A stretch of DNA of 63,672 bases, filler included, from Octopus bimaculoides (taxonomy: Eukaryota): the NCBI RefSeq assembly GCF_001194135.2. It is 4 parts of 4 records of this genome, joined end to end, with 100 filler letters (N's around TTAATTAATTAA, not from the genome) between each part and the next. Parts side by side here need not be neighbours in the genome. Positions count along the whole stretch, not along the records: positions 1 to 24,923 come from NC_068987.1; 3 more parts are not named here. One strand, given 5' to 3'. How positions within the stretch are numbered: the first letter of the stretch is position 1; the number at the start of each line of letters is the position of its first letter. Below, in pieces: positions 1 to 12,769 of the stretch. The notes beneath the pieces are model-generated. The model made no database searches, had not been told where the DNA came from, and saw nothing but the letters and a program-made list of their open reading frames with translations. Position numbers and translations under genes: made by a program.

Positions 1-33
<33 letters not shown>

Positions 34-569
34 CATATATATATTCATATATAGATATATATTATAAAATAAGAAAATGGAAAGATTTAATAGATATAAA
101 TTCATTTATTAATGAATTAACATTGCCTACAATTATTTCAATTTACAGTGAGTACAAATTACAAAGCATATGATAAAATATGTTTGCCTTTTGAAGATCT
201 TGAATGAAATATCTTCAGGACAAGGGACTTTAGGGAGGTTACATGTTGATCGGTTGAAATACTCCAATAGGCTATGTATGTATATATATATAATCACAAT
301 TTAGGTTAGTTGAAATATGTTTGTTACATATCTCAACTGCTAAAGATAAATACACTGCAGTTACCGTGGAGAAGAAATCTCTCTTATGGGAGAAAGGTGT
401 GAAAACACCCAGTTCGTTCAGTGTCGCCATCTCTCGGGGATCTTAGACATCGATGTTTCGAGTTTATTGACTCTTGTCGATGAGATGAACTTAAAAGATG
501 CAACTCTAAGCGAACTAAATAAAGCTTGTAGGTTTATATATTATTCAGCCAACACGTTTACTTCGTTAT

Positions 570-570
<1 letters not shown>

Positions 571-628
<58 letters not shown>

Positions 629-662
629 CATACATACATACATACATACATACATACATACA
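571..662. repeat. (GATA)n-(CATA)n compound microsatellite
   Basis: Direct reading of tandem GATA then CATA units. Confidence 0.95.
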
Positions 663-3600
663 TGATGGTTGCCCCCTCGTTATCGAGTATGGCCATTGCA
701 CAAAGCTTAACTTAACGGTGCTGTGATCGAATGTGACTTTTTAGCCCATGTCTTGCACAGAGTTGGCATCCAAAACCTTTACTGGCAGTAGCTAACTGTT
801 GTTGTAATTAGGCTCCATGTACCTCTGCGTGTCGTTTAAGTCATACATACATACATACATACATACATACATACATACATACATACAAACATATAACCAC
901 TCGCGTGGGAAAGTATTGTGGTTTATCCAGTGATGGACCAATTTCTCCAAAAGTGTAAATATCACTGACTTTCACGATGTGAACTGGAAGTAATTTTAAA
1001 GAAAAAAATAAGAATATAAACATGTTGTTTATATTTTCAATATAAAGACTGATTTCTATCATTATTGTTTAATTGTTGGGTATTGTGATTTCTATTTGAC
1101 TTTCTTTTTTATGCTTTATTTATTATTTTGGAGAGGGAAGAAATGGAGTATTTAGTAACAGTAGCGTGTATTTCAATGTTATTACAAGGGTTTCAATTGT
1201 TGCTGATTAGGTAGTTTCGTCTTACGTACGGAACATTATAATCGCCACAGGACTTCCAGCAATTTTTTGAGGTGTTGGAGGATGGTCTGGCATTTTTTAA
1301 CTTTGCTTTCGTCCGCTTCTTCCGCGGATAAATTTAATTATTCTGGGTGTAATCTTGTTTTATTTTCTCTTTCCGTCAGATGAGATCAATGTTTCTAGCG
1401 ATCTATGTGAAGCTACGATCTTCTGATACGCGGTTTCTTCGACGTGGTTTCGATTTCTGGTTCAATCTATTTTCAGAACCTATTGAAGGAAGAGTCTACA
1501 TGGTTGATCAACTTGCTAGAAACAGCTGTTAACTCACCCTCAAATCACTTCTTTCTGTTTAAGCAGTGAAAGACACATTGGCTCTATGATGAAGGTCATT
1601 ACTTATATATTTCATCAACAACCTGATGACTCGGGACTGATCATAGATTAAACAATAATCTATCAATTTACTATTTCAGCAATAGACATCGGTTAAAATG
1701 ATGGACGCTAAAACATCATAATAATAGACGCTATAATATCATAACAAAGGTTGTTATTATATCATAAGTCTTATGGATGCAAGATGTGAAAGAAAAACAC
1801 GTTGCTATATGTACATCTAAATTGTGTCAATATAAAGACGAAATGATCGCAAATGGAAGGATGATTCTGGGTTGAACTGGTGTTACTAAAAAGGAGGAAA
1901 TCATTTGTGGTCTCTCAACTTCCTAGAAATAAGTTTCATCCTAAAACTGACGAATACTTTGAATAATATGATCCTAGATAGACTGCAATCGAATACATAA
2001 TGTCAGGTTGCGCAACCGTAAGATATAACCTACTGGGTCAAACCTCAACATATTTCTGGTGTCTATTTTATTGACCGTGTAGAAACGAGAGTAAAAGGCG
2101 AGCGTGGTGTAACCTCAACTAAGAACACGCATGAACGAAACTGAATACTAAAAAGCATCATTTAGTCCGGCGCTTCCACGTTTTCTTTATTTCTTTATAT
2201 TTCTCTTATTCTACCGCCCTAACACAGGGAATAATATTAATATTAATAACAAGAAAAATAAACAGTCATTTGAAATCGACTCAAACAAAATTTAATCTGC
2301 CTCTATTCCCAGCTGTCAACTCTAATGTCAGAACAGTGAAGTCCTATGTTCAATGGTGGGGTGCGTGATCTGTTGTTATTGGCAAGCTGGTTCAGGGTGG
2401 GCCAAATCATTTTGGCATGTTTTTGGTGCTTTTTTACTATTCTATTCTTTTTTTCATTCTATATTTTCTGTTCTCTTCTCCGTCTTTCTTTTTCTGTTTT
2501 GTGGCATTGGGCCGCAAGTTTCCCATGACAGAAACAGTTTAGGATACAGAAAAGACGAAATTGAACATATTTACTGTTTGTATGTGTGCATGTATGTGTA
2601 TGTGCATATATATATATATATANNNNNNNNNNNNNNNNNNNNNNNNNNNNNNNNNNNNNNNNNNNNNNNNNNNNNNNNNNNNNNNNNNNNNNNNNNNNNN
2701 NNNNNNNNNNNNNNNNNNNNNNNNNNNNNNNNNNNNNNNNNNNNNNNNNNNNNNNNNNNNNNNNNNNNNNNNNNNNNNNNNNNNNNNNNNNNNNNNNNNN
2801 NNNNNNNNNNNNNNNNNNNNNNNNNNNNNNNNNNNNNNNNNNNNNNNNNNNNNNNNNNNNNNNNNNNNNNNNNNNNNNNNNNNNNNNNNNNNNNNNNNNN
2901 NNNNNNNNNNNNNNNNNNNNNNNNNNNNNNNNNNNNNNNNNNNNNNNNNNNNNNNNNNNNNNNNNNNNNNNNNNNNNNNNNNNNNNNNNNNNNNNNNNNN
3001 NNNNNNNNNNNNNNNNNNNNNNNNNNNNNNNNNNNNNNNNNNNNNNNNNNNNNNNNNNNNNNNNNNNNNNNNNNNNNNNNNNNNNNNNNNNNNNNNNNNN
3101 NNNNNNNNNNNNNNNNNNNNNNNNNNNNNNNNNNNNNNNNNNNNNNNNNNNNNCTAGAAGGAGCAGTCGAACTCCAAACCACAATTAGGGATAATTTCGA
3201 AAGGGAATGAAAAATAAAAACATTTACCATATATTTCCTGAACCATGGTTTCAAGCTATTTTTAGCAAAATAAAATAATATTTTGCAAGGTCAGCTATCG
3301 TCAGCAGGAAAGCCAAGCTTAACACATAAAAACGAGGCACTACATAGAAACATGCCTCGTGCTTATATGTTATAATTTTTCATATCTACCGCGCATGTGC
3401 GGTTTTTCTTATCGGCAGCAAATACAAAAAATGCCGATTTTCTTCCAGAAATTAGCCAAAAAGAACATTATATCATTATTAATAAATTTCAGGGTAGCAA
3501 ACAATTTACAAATCCTATTTGCTACCAGTGGTCTAGCGAGAAGAAGAAAAAAAACTAGTCAATAGACTATATATTATTCATATAAATACATACAGTGTAC

Positions 3601-3754
3601 ATTTAACACATAAGAGAGATGTCCATAATAGGACATCTAACCTGCTAGAAGGAGCAGTCAAACTCCAAACCACAATTAGGAATAATTTCGAAAGTGAATA
3701 AAAAATAAAAACATTTACCATCTTTATCCTTACGTTTATCATGTTTATATCAAG

Positions 3755-3871
3755 TCAATTCAGAAGTGCTTGAAATTCTTTAAGTCTTTCTATACTTTCG
3801 TGCCAAAGAATGAAACAGTCATCTAGATATCTTTTCCAGTTATTTTCTATGTACAGGGAGAATGGGTTTCC
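3755..3871 (-). mobile_element. Penelope-like retroelement RT fragment
   Basis: Minus frame reads GNPFSLYIENNWKRYLDDCFILWHESIERLKEFQALLN. W-x-R-Y-x-D-D-x-F-x-x-W is the catalytic RT motif typical of Penelope/Poseidon elements. Cut by an N gap. Confidence 0.8.
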
Positions 3872-4255
3872 NNNNNNNNNNNNNNNNNNNNNNNNNNNNN
3901 NNNNNNNNNNNNNNNNNNNNNNNNNNNNNNNNNNNNNNNNNNNNNNNNNNNNNNNNNNNNNNNNNNNNNNNNNNNNNNNNNNNNNNNNNNNNNNNNNNNN
4001 NNNNNNNNNNNNNNNNNNNNNNNNNNNNNNNNNNNNNNNNNNNNNNNNNNNNNNNNNNNNNNNNNNNNNNNNNNNNNNNNNNNNNNNNNNNNNNNNNNNN
4101 NNNNNNNNNNNNNNNNNNNNNNNNNNNNNNNNNNNNNNNNNNNNNNNNNNNNNNNNNNNNNNNNNNNNNNNNNNNNNNNNNNNNNNNNNNNNNNNNNNNN
4201 NNNNNNNNNNNNNNNNNNNNNNNNNNNNNNNNNNNNNNNNNNNNNNNNNNNNNNN

Positions 4256-4304
<49 letters not shown>

Positions 4305-4330
4305 CACGCACACACATATGCATATATCTG

Positions 4331-4613
4331 GGATTCAAGGGCCCGCAGCTATTTAACGCCTTGCCAACGCATCTGAGGGATCTCCATGGAGTCGTGGTAG
4401 ATGTTTTCAAGAAACAACTTGACTTCTTGCTATCCAAGATCCTAAATGATCCAATATCAAGGAAGGAAACTTAAAAGAGGGCAGCGGTAAAGAACTTCCT
4501 CCTTCACCAAAAGCCTATCACACAGAAACGGCCGGTTAAAAAGTGATTACACTGGCGGTACCCCAGCATGGCAACAGCCTCAGGGCTGAAACATATTAAA
4601 GAATAAAAGAATA
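4331..4613 (+). mobile_element. CR1/L2-group LINE 3' end (ORF2 C-terminus plus 3' UTR)
   Basis: Reads GFKGPQLFNALPTHLRDLHGVVVDVFKKQLDFLLSKILNDP...stop (GP-x-LFN-x-LP...FK-x-x-LD pattern). The tail ends in aagaataaaagaata. Confidence 0.7.
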
Positions 4614-4619
4614 TATATA

Positions 4620-5545
4620 CAGGGTTGGATAAATTAATGGAAACACCTTAAAATTCCCAAAAAATTAATTTTAATATGGGGTAGTACTGCCCTTGGCAGT
4701 AATTACAGCCTGAATTCTACGAGGTATGAACTTGTACAAAGTTTGAATTGTTTCCAAAGGAATTTTTGTCTATTCTTCAGCTAAAACAGTCTCCAGTTCT
4801 TGTAGTGATGATGATGGAGGATATTGACTCCTTATTTTTTTTCTAAAATGCACCATAAATATTCAATAATATTGAGATCTGGGGACTGTGGTGGCCAGAG
4901 AAGATGTTCAACTTCACTAGAATGTCCCTCGTGACATTCAATATCAACTTTAGCTGTATAAATTGGTGCATTATCATCCTGAAAGATTGCGTTTCCCTCC
5001 GGAAACAGTTCTGCAACCATAGGATGAATTTGATCAGATAAAATGCTTAAATAGTCTTGACTATTAATTCTGCCATGAAGAGAAGCCATTGTGCCGACGG
5101 ATTTCCAAGATATAGTCCCCCACCCCGCAAATCATCACAGATCCTCCTCCATGTTTAACAGTTAGAAGAAGACAGTCTGGGTCAAATGCTTCTTTTGGCT
5201 ATCTCCACACGTATATTCAGCCGGTGGAATATACGGAAATAAGGTAAAAGATGATTCGTCCGAGAAGATAACATTCTTCCACTGCTCTAGAGACCAATTC
5301 TGTAGGTTTTTACTCCACTCTAAACGCTTTGCAACGTTTGTTCTTGAAAGTAGTGGATTTTTTTATTGCAGCGCTCCCGTGAAATCCGGCTTTGTGCAGC
5401 TCCCGGCGAACAGTTTTTGTGGAAACTGGTTTCTTGAGGTGTTCATTAAGCTCTGCAACAATTTTGGGAGCTGTACTTTTGTAATCCTTTCTAACAATTC
5501 GCGTAAGAGTCCGACGGTTCCTATCTGAAAGTTTTGGTTTCCTTC
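4620..5545 (-). mobile_element. Tc1-family DNA transposon, decayed, 5'-truncated, DD36E spacing
   Basis: Contains the HTH region GRKPKLSDRNRRTLTRIV, WKNVIFSDESSF, TVKHGGGSVMI and FQDDNAP...WPPQSPDLNIIE. One TIR (TA-cagggttggataaattaatggaaacacc) starts at 4620. Confidence 0.9.
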
Positions 5546-5549
5546 CATC

Positions 5550-5735
5550 GTCGTGGTTATCGACGTAATCATCGTCTTCGTCTTCCCCATCTTCCTCCCC
5601 ATCATTATCATCATAATCACCGCCACCGCCACCACCATCAAAACCACCAGCACCATCAAAACCACCAGCACCACCAACACCACCACCACCACCACCAACA
5701 CCACCAGCACCACAACAACAACAACAGCCACTGTT
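5550..5735. repeat. (CAT/CAC/CAA)n compound trinucleotide repeat
   Basis: Direct reading. Confidence 0.85.
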
Positions 5736-5794
5736 CTTACTACTTCCAAAGCTAATCATTTCACGTATTCTCACTTTCATGTTTTTCTATCTTT

Positions 5795-6280
5795 CTATCT
5801 TGTTTCAGCCATCAGACTGCGGTCATGCAAGCCTTGAAGAATTCTAGTCGAATGAATCGACCCCAGTACTTATATTTTAAGCTTGACACTTATCTTATCG
5901 ACATTTTTTGCCGAACCGTCAAGTTACGTGGACGTAAACACACCAGTACCAGTCATCAAGTGGTGCTGGTGGTGGGCAAACACAGACACAGATGCACACA
6001 AACATACACTCACACAAACACACACACACATATACACGCACTCACACACATACATACACGCGCACACGCATATATGTGAGGCTTCCTTAAGTTTCCGTTT
6101 ACCAAATCTACTCACAGACTTGCAATACCAATAACAGGACTGAGTACTTTATAATAAATAACAACTATAGTTGGCCTGACACTATAGTTAATGTCTCCAA
6201 ATTGGCACGCAGTGGGACTGAGCCCAGACCCATGTGGTTGGAAAGCAAACTTCTTACCACACAGCTAAGTCTATGCCTAT
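5795..6280 (-). mobile_element. tRNA-derived SINE, long OK-like family, with internal (CA)n
   Basis: Reverse-complement similarity to the intact copy at 33084-33480 (head cttaccacacagc, body, tail gtttcag). Confidence 0.7.
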
Positions 6281-6929
6281 ATCTATTCCGTACATTTGTT
6301 TCATCCTCCACTTATTCCTGATTTCTCTCCCTTTGCAATGGTCTCTATTTTGTTGGCCTCGTTTCTCCACATTAGCTTCATTGAACTGTCCATATTTACT
6401 GCTTAACGTAGTAGTCTTCTTTCATGCTGTGACAGAAGTAGTTGGCTCAGTTATTGCCATCTACGCTCGGTATTTACGTTACATCTCCTACAACTTCATG
6501 CCTCATAATATCAAGCCATTTGAAAGCCTAGGTTCATCGTGTCTGCTGTCATCCCAAATCAGCAGACAGATAAATCTCTGCAGTGTTACACAATCAGCTA
6601 TAGTTTTTTTCTTTCTTTTTGTAATTTTTTGGCGGGTAGGGATTTCTAGGCGGAAAGAACTCGATTGATCTCTGTTGTATGAGCTCCACCTGCTTCAGAA
6701 ATGGCAAAGGCATCATTTAAAGTAGTTACTAAGTAATGTAAACTTATATAGTCTTTTGTATGTCTAGTAGTTGGTGGTGGCCCTTTCTTAATACACATGT
6801 CAGGCGCTCGTTGTTTGTTTGTTTGTTTTTTGTTTTTTTTTTCCATTTAAATTAAGGACTTGAAGCGAATAAAATACTCGCTTTCGTTTATAAGCTACTT
6901 CAGTATGCGAATGGCATTCTTTTCTACTT

Positions 6930-7110
6930 TAGATACAAGGCCCGGAATGTAGAGGAGGGGACCAGTTGATTGCATCGACTCCCAGTACGCAACTGGTACT
7001 TATTTACAGGCCCCAAAAGGATGAAAGGCAAAGTCGACCTCTGCGAAATTTGAATTCAGAACGTAAAGACAGACGAAATACCGCTAAATATTTCGCCCAG
7101 CGTGCTAACA
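6930..7110 (-). mobile_element. tRNA-derived SINE, OR-like family
   Basis: Shared core aactggtacttat...gaaaggcaaagtcgacc...tttgaattcagaacgtaa...gaaataccgctaa. Confidence 0.8.
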
Positions 7111-7347
7111 TTTCTTATTTCTTTATTGCTCACAAGGGGCTAAACATAGAGGGGACAAACAAGGACATGCAAAGGGATTAAGTCGATTAGATCGACTCCG
7201 TGCATAACTGGTACTTAATTTATCGACCCCGAAAGGATGAAAGGCAAAGTCGACCACGGCGTAATTTGAACTCAGAACGTAACGGCAGACGAAATACCGC
7301 TAAGCATTTCGCCCGCCATGCTAACGTTTCTGCCCGCTCGCCGCCTT
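7107..7347 (-). mobile_element. tRNA-derived SINE, OR-like, full head, alternative 3' tail
   Basis: Head ggcggcgagcgggcagaaacgttagca with B-box-like gagttcaaatt. Tail is tgtcccctctatgtttagccccttgtgagcaataaagaaataag. Confidence 0.85.
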
Positions 7348-8100
7348 ATGCGAATGGCATTATTGCTCATCGGACAATTTTGTCTTATGTTTATCCAATG
7401 TTTCAATATTTACACTCTCTTGAAATCTGCAGCCATATGCGTCATAAAAGTAAAGAAACTATTTATAACGAGACACCATGACACTGGCCATTGCGATCAT
7501 ATGCAAGTAGATACAACATCTATTTATAGCTAGGCTAACTGAGTCCTTGAGAGTTGATTATACTAGTGAAAGAAATACATTTTTGACCCCAACATTCGGA
7601 TGGAATCTCTCTACCCATTGACGACCAAATCCACCTCCTATAACTTTTCTAATTTATCTCCTATAAAATACAACAATATTTGTTGCACTGAACCCCAAAA
7701 GACAAATGTCATAATGGTCTACTTAAGCTGCTTGGAGAAATATGTCAGGCTATAAGGTATTATATTATTTTGAAAGATAAGAAAAGCAGCTGGGAAGAAT
7801 GCTGCCTTTTACATATTCATTTCAAAACACGAGACATTATTTCAGTTTTCTGTACAACTTGACTGTTCAGCCGCCATAACTCAGCTTTCACTGTACATTC
7901 CGCCTTTAAGGTTTTTATTCTTTTACTGGTCTCAGTCATTGTACTGCGGCCACCCTGGGACACCACCTCCCGTGTTTGATTGATCATATACATCACCAAC
8001 ACTAGTAATTATTCCAGCATGAAATGTGAATTACACCGTCATTCAAGCTCTTATTGTTCATACTGTATCTCATTATTCCTCGTAATCACATGCGCGCGCG

Positions 8101-8139
<39 letters not shown>

Positions 8140-8924
8140 ATATATGTATATATATATATATATGTTTGTATGATGGCAATTATAATTCGCTGATATTCCG
8201 AGTTTTACGCCACCGTTTTACAATACCATTAACGGGCATGGGTACTTTATAATGAATAACAAACTTATATATGTATAACATATTTCGGGGAAAAGTCTCT
8301 GATAAATACTTAGATTCAATATTTAAATAATTGTAACGGAGAATTTATCATTTACAATGTGTATAAGAGAACAGTTGAAAAGCCATTTAGATGTAGTGCA
8401 GAGACTAAGAAAACTGCGATACAACAAGATATAAACTGAAAAAGATATGAAAAAGGAAAAGGTATAGGGAGAGGAAAGAAACGGTAGAGAAGGAAAATAT
8501 AGAAAGAAAATAGAGGAACATAGATGTTGCTTCAAAAAGAAATTATGAAACTAGATAGGGTGGCTAATAAGAAGTAGAACTTTGCTGCATACACCAGTTG
8601 GAAAGCGTATATTTATAAAATATGAGTGTAATGTTGAGCGAGAAAGTGTAGAATACACGAAAATGTAAGTGACGGACAGAAAGGCAGAAATAGTGAATTT
8701 AGTGAGAGGTACAGGTGGATGTGTTAATGCATAAGTGAGTTTCGAAAAAGAATGGGGAGTATGAGGTCGTTTAGTTCAATGGACAAATTTTAAGACACCA
8801 TGGTTAGTGATCAATTTCTTTAAATTAAAGAAATTCCATTATCGGTAAAAAAAAAATTCTCTATGACGTTTTTTGTTGAAATGTCGTCGCCAAAGCAAAT
8901 ATATTCTACAACTTTATATTCTGA

Positions 8925-9118
8925 TGAAGACGAAGACGAAGACGAAGAAGAAGAAGAAGAAGAAGAAGAAGAAGAAGAAGAAGAAGAAGAAGAAGAAGAA
9001 GAAGAAGAAGAAGAAGAAGAAGAAGAAGAAGAAGAAGAAGAAGAAGAAGAAGAAGAGGAAGGAGAAGAAGAAGAAGAAGAAGAAGAAGAAGAAGAAGAAG
9101 AAGAAGAAGAAGAAGAAG
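8925..9118. repeat. (GAA)n microsatellite
   Basis: Direct reading. It explains the poly-E/K/S pseudo-ORFs. Confidence 0.97.
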
Positions 9119-9124
9119 GATCTA

Positions 9125-9430
9125 TGCTAATCGACCAAACATAATTATTAAAGATGTAAGTGTTCCCATCGATAAAAATATATCTGTCACCGATAAAAAT
9201 ATATCTGTCAAGGAGTTTGGCAAACTCAGTAACTATAAGGACCTGGAAATTGAAATACATAAGATGTGGCATCTTAAAAATGAGAACTATTCCTGTTATT
9301 GTAGGAGCCCTAGGTATGATAAAAAAAAGGAATGTCAGAAATATCTAGATAAGATCCTAATAGAACCATGTCTCAGAGAAATCCAAAATATTGTACTGCC
9401 CATATCCTTATAAAACCCTATCCATTTAAA
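9125..9430 (+). mobile_element. RLE-type (R4/Dong-like) non-LTR retrotransposon 3' fragment
   Basis: With frameshifts it reads ANRPNIIIKD..VSVPIDKNISVKEFGKLSNYKDLEIEIHKMWHLK..TIPVIVGALGMIKK...IQNIVL, the restriction-like endonuclease C-terminus. It contains an internal 21-bp duplication. Confidence 0.7.
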
Positions 9431-10840
9431 CGTCTGTATTGTATCACATGAAGATATTTCACTACCTCCTTTCCCCAAGCTTTCAGTCACATTGTAACAT
9501 CACTTATTCTTCACTCGCCGCAGGGCGCTGGGTTTGTCTCGGCAAATGACAGTAATGACTGAAACAAGTAAAAGAATAAAAGAGTAAAGAGTAATCAGAA
9601 AATAAGATTTCGAAACTGGCATTTTCTGCATGATAGGTGTCTACCACAAAATGAAAGCAAAATCATTTCGAAGAAGAATTTTTATTAAACAAACGAAAGC
9701 AAAATATTACCACGACTAATGTTGCAAGAGCTTCTGAAGTTTTAATAAATTTTAATAACTAAAGTTATGTGAAATGGTCGAACGAAAAGGGAAAATATCC
9801 TCAACGACGTTTTTTGAGGAAAATTGCACAAATTGGTCCTCATCAAGAGGGTTATCTGTCGGGAAAGCATGGTCTGACATAGAGTAAGCAAAAATTTATA
9901 TAAGACATTCTATTGTAAAAATTGCTTGGCAATGACGGACTATTCAGTTAGTATATATATATATATATATATATATATATNNNNNNNNNNNNNNNNNNNN
10001 NNNNNNNNNNNNNNNNNNNNNNNNNNNNNNNNNNNNNNNNNNNNNNNNNNNNNNNNNNNNNNNNNNNNNNNNNNNNNNNNNNNNNNNNNNNNNNNNNNNN
10101 NNNNNNNNNNNNNNNNNNNNNNNNNNNNNNNNNNNNNNNNNNNNNNNNNNNNNNNNNNNNNNNNNNNNNNNNNNNNNNNNNNNNNNNNNNNNNNNNNNNN
10201 NNNNNNNNNNNNNNNNNNNNNNNNNNNNNNNNNNNNNNNNNNNNNNNNNNNNNNNNNNNNNNNNNNNNNNNNNNNNNNNNNNNNNNNNNNNNNNNNNNNN
10301 NNNNNNNNNNNNNNNNNNNNNNNNNNNNNNNNNNNNNNNNNNNNNNNNNNNNNNNNNNNNNNNNNNNNNNNNNNNNNNNNNNNNNNNNNNNNNNNNNNNN
10401 NNNNNNNNNNNNNNNNNNNNNNNNNNNNNNNNNNNNNNNNNNNNNNNNNNNNNNNNNNNNNNNNNNNNNNNNNNNNNNNNNNNNNNNNNNNNNNNNNNNN
10501 NNNNNNNNNNNNNNNNNNNNNNNNNNNNNNNNNNNNNNNNNNNNNNNNNNNNNNNNNNNNNNNNNNNNNNNNNNNNNNNNNNNNNNNNNNNNNNNNNNNN
10601 NNNNNNNNNNNNNNNNNNNNNNNNNNNNNNNNNNNNNNNNNNNNNNNNNNNNNNNNNNNNNNNNNNNNNNNNNNNNNNNNNNNNNNNNNNNNNNNNNNNN
10701 NNNNNNNNNNNNNNNNNNNNNNNNNNNNNNNNNNNNNNNNNNNNNNNNNNNNNNNNNNNNNNNNNNNNNNNNNNNNNNNNNNNNNNNNNNNNNNNNNNNN
10801 NNNNNNNNNNNNNNNNNNNNNNNNNNNTATATATATATAT

Positions 10841-10993
10841 GACGGGCTCCTTTCAGGTTCCACCTACCAAGACTACTCACAAGGCTTTTATCGGACCGAG
10901 GCTATAGTAGAAGACATTTGCCCAAGGTACGACTTAACCCGGAACCATGTGGTTAGGAAACAAGCTTCTTACCACACAGCTACACCAGCGCCT
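10841..10993 (-). mobile_element. OK-like SINE, 5' half
   Basis: Matches head and body of 33084-33250 (gaggctatagtagaagaca, cttaccacacagc). Confidence 0.8.
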
Positions 10994-11855
10994 ATGTACA
11001 CACACACTCACACACACACACACAAGTGAGCACATAAGTGCAAAACAAGGTGGACAATTAGTAGTATTAAAACTGCAAACACATGCATTCATACCTGTGT
11101 ATTCGTAATGACTTATACATACTAAATGTGTCATTTCTGCTGAAATGAAGCTTACAGTTTTCTGTTTGTCCGTATGTAAGAAATATCAACTCTGTATCAT
11201 TGCTTTCAATCCTGTAGTTAATTATAATTTATTATCCATATACGTGATTCACACATGAACAAAATCAGATAGGAACCCACCTTACCGACACACATTTCAT
11301 TTAAAGATATTAACATGCGAGACTAACATAAAAGGTAAAGAAACCCTTAATTCCGAGCGACAACTTTTCAATCACATAAAAAGTCGTACTGTTAAAATGT
11401 GTTACTAAAATACATAGAAAAGACATGAGCGGTTTTCTTTCAAACAATTATTAACCGAAAATTCCAGAAAGTTTTCTAAGCCATGTGGCGTTGTCACTCA
11501 GTGTATTTTGTCATGGAGTTGGCACATGCCTCTAAACCTACACAGACACCAAAAGCGCACTCGCTCACATAAGTTTGTGATTTAACATAGTCTTGATTGT
11601 TACTGCTAAGTGAAACTAAAGAACTAAAGGATATTAATCTAAATGTAAATGTTAATTTAAGGCTATTACATTAAAACGAGTTTAAGAATAACAACAGAAC
11701 ATTTACTGCTATGGAAATTTAATATTGAAAGTATAAACACTTTTATTATTAATTTGTGTTGACTGGGACTTGACGTTTCACTCGAGGGTTTCTCCAGTCA
11801 CTTAGGTTAAGTCGTCGGAGTAAATGTAAAGGCTCATCAAAACTAATTTCATGTG

Positions 11856-11892
<37 letters not shown>

Positions 11893-12049
11893 CATATATA
11901 CATATATACATACACGCACACATACGCACACATATATATATGTATGTATGTATACCTATAATGGAATATTGTGATGTACATACATATATGCATACATACA
12001 TACATATATATATATGTGTGAGTGTGTATGTGTGACGTTGTGTGTGTAA

Positions 12050-12235
12050 ACCCGCATAACTTCTGAAGTTCACAGATGATTTTCTCCAAACTGGGAACAT
12101 GCATTACTTATGTTCCAGAGATGGTTTTAGACTCTTAAAATGTTTCACATAATGAGTAATAGGTCTTCTGGGAGCAGAAAATACCCTTTCCAGGGCTACG
12201 TGGACAAGGAAGGTAACTCTTTGTGAAGTAACTTT
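12050..12235 (-). mobile_element. Possible hAT transposase C-terminal relic
   Basis: Broken frames give ..VALERVFSAP...FKSLKPSLEHK*...SLEKIIC, loosely like the hAT dimerisation domain. Weak. Confidence 0.25.
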
Positions 12236-12506
12236 CAGAATTTGGTTGTCTCCCTCACATCTAGCGTGATTAATCCGCTGAACGTTTTTCATCTTTTTAA
12301 AATATTGATATTAATGTTTTTTTATTGACAGTTGATTATTAACATAGCAGTATCATCTCAGTTCATTGTATGCATTTCTTAAAATTTGCTAAGATGGTGA
12401 TACTATTTGCCTTTCATTATTAATATACAATTGTCATCTCATTTTATTACATCATATTTTTTGACATGATGCCTCCAAAGATGAGATCTTCCATTGGTCG
12501 AAAAAT

Positions 12507-12750
12507 TATCACAGTCTCAGTTGGCTGTGTGAAAGAGCAATACTGGCTCCAAAAATCAGCACTGTAAGTAAAATTAACGAGCAGTTGCTGCAGTACCTTC
12601 CTAGAAGTCCTCTACTACATCCTACGATGCGCTGCAGTATCCACTGTACTTTGTGATTGGTGAAGATGGATACCATTTCGGCATAATACCAACAAACCCG
12701 AATACTGCACTAACACAGCGGTTTCTTGCATGGACTTCAGTATCAAAGCA
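12507..12750 (+). mobile_element. Helitron RepHel fragments
   Basis: YHSLSWLCERAILAPKISTVSKINEQLLQYLP (PIF1-type helicase segment) is followed by SYDALQYPLYFVIGEDGYHFGI (Helitron N-terminal segment). Confidence 0.75.
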
Positions 12751-12769
12751 TATTCTCCAATTACTACCA

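Noticed and set aside
890-1500. Possible Penelope-derived segment with a hammerhead-like remnant near 915-950
   Set aside because: All frames are broken and the core is too degenerate to support a call.
3154-3720. ~76-bp direct repeat (3154-3229 and 3645-3720)
   Set aside because: Both copies lie between two gaps next to a Penelope fragment. It is either repeat debris or an assembly effect, with no independent function evident.
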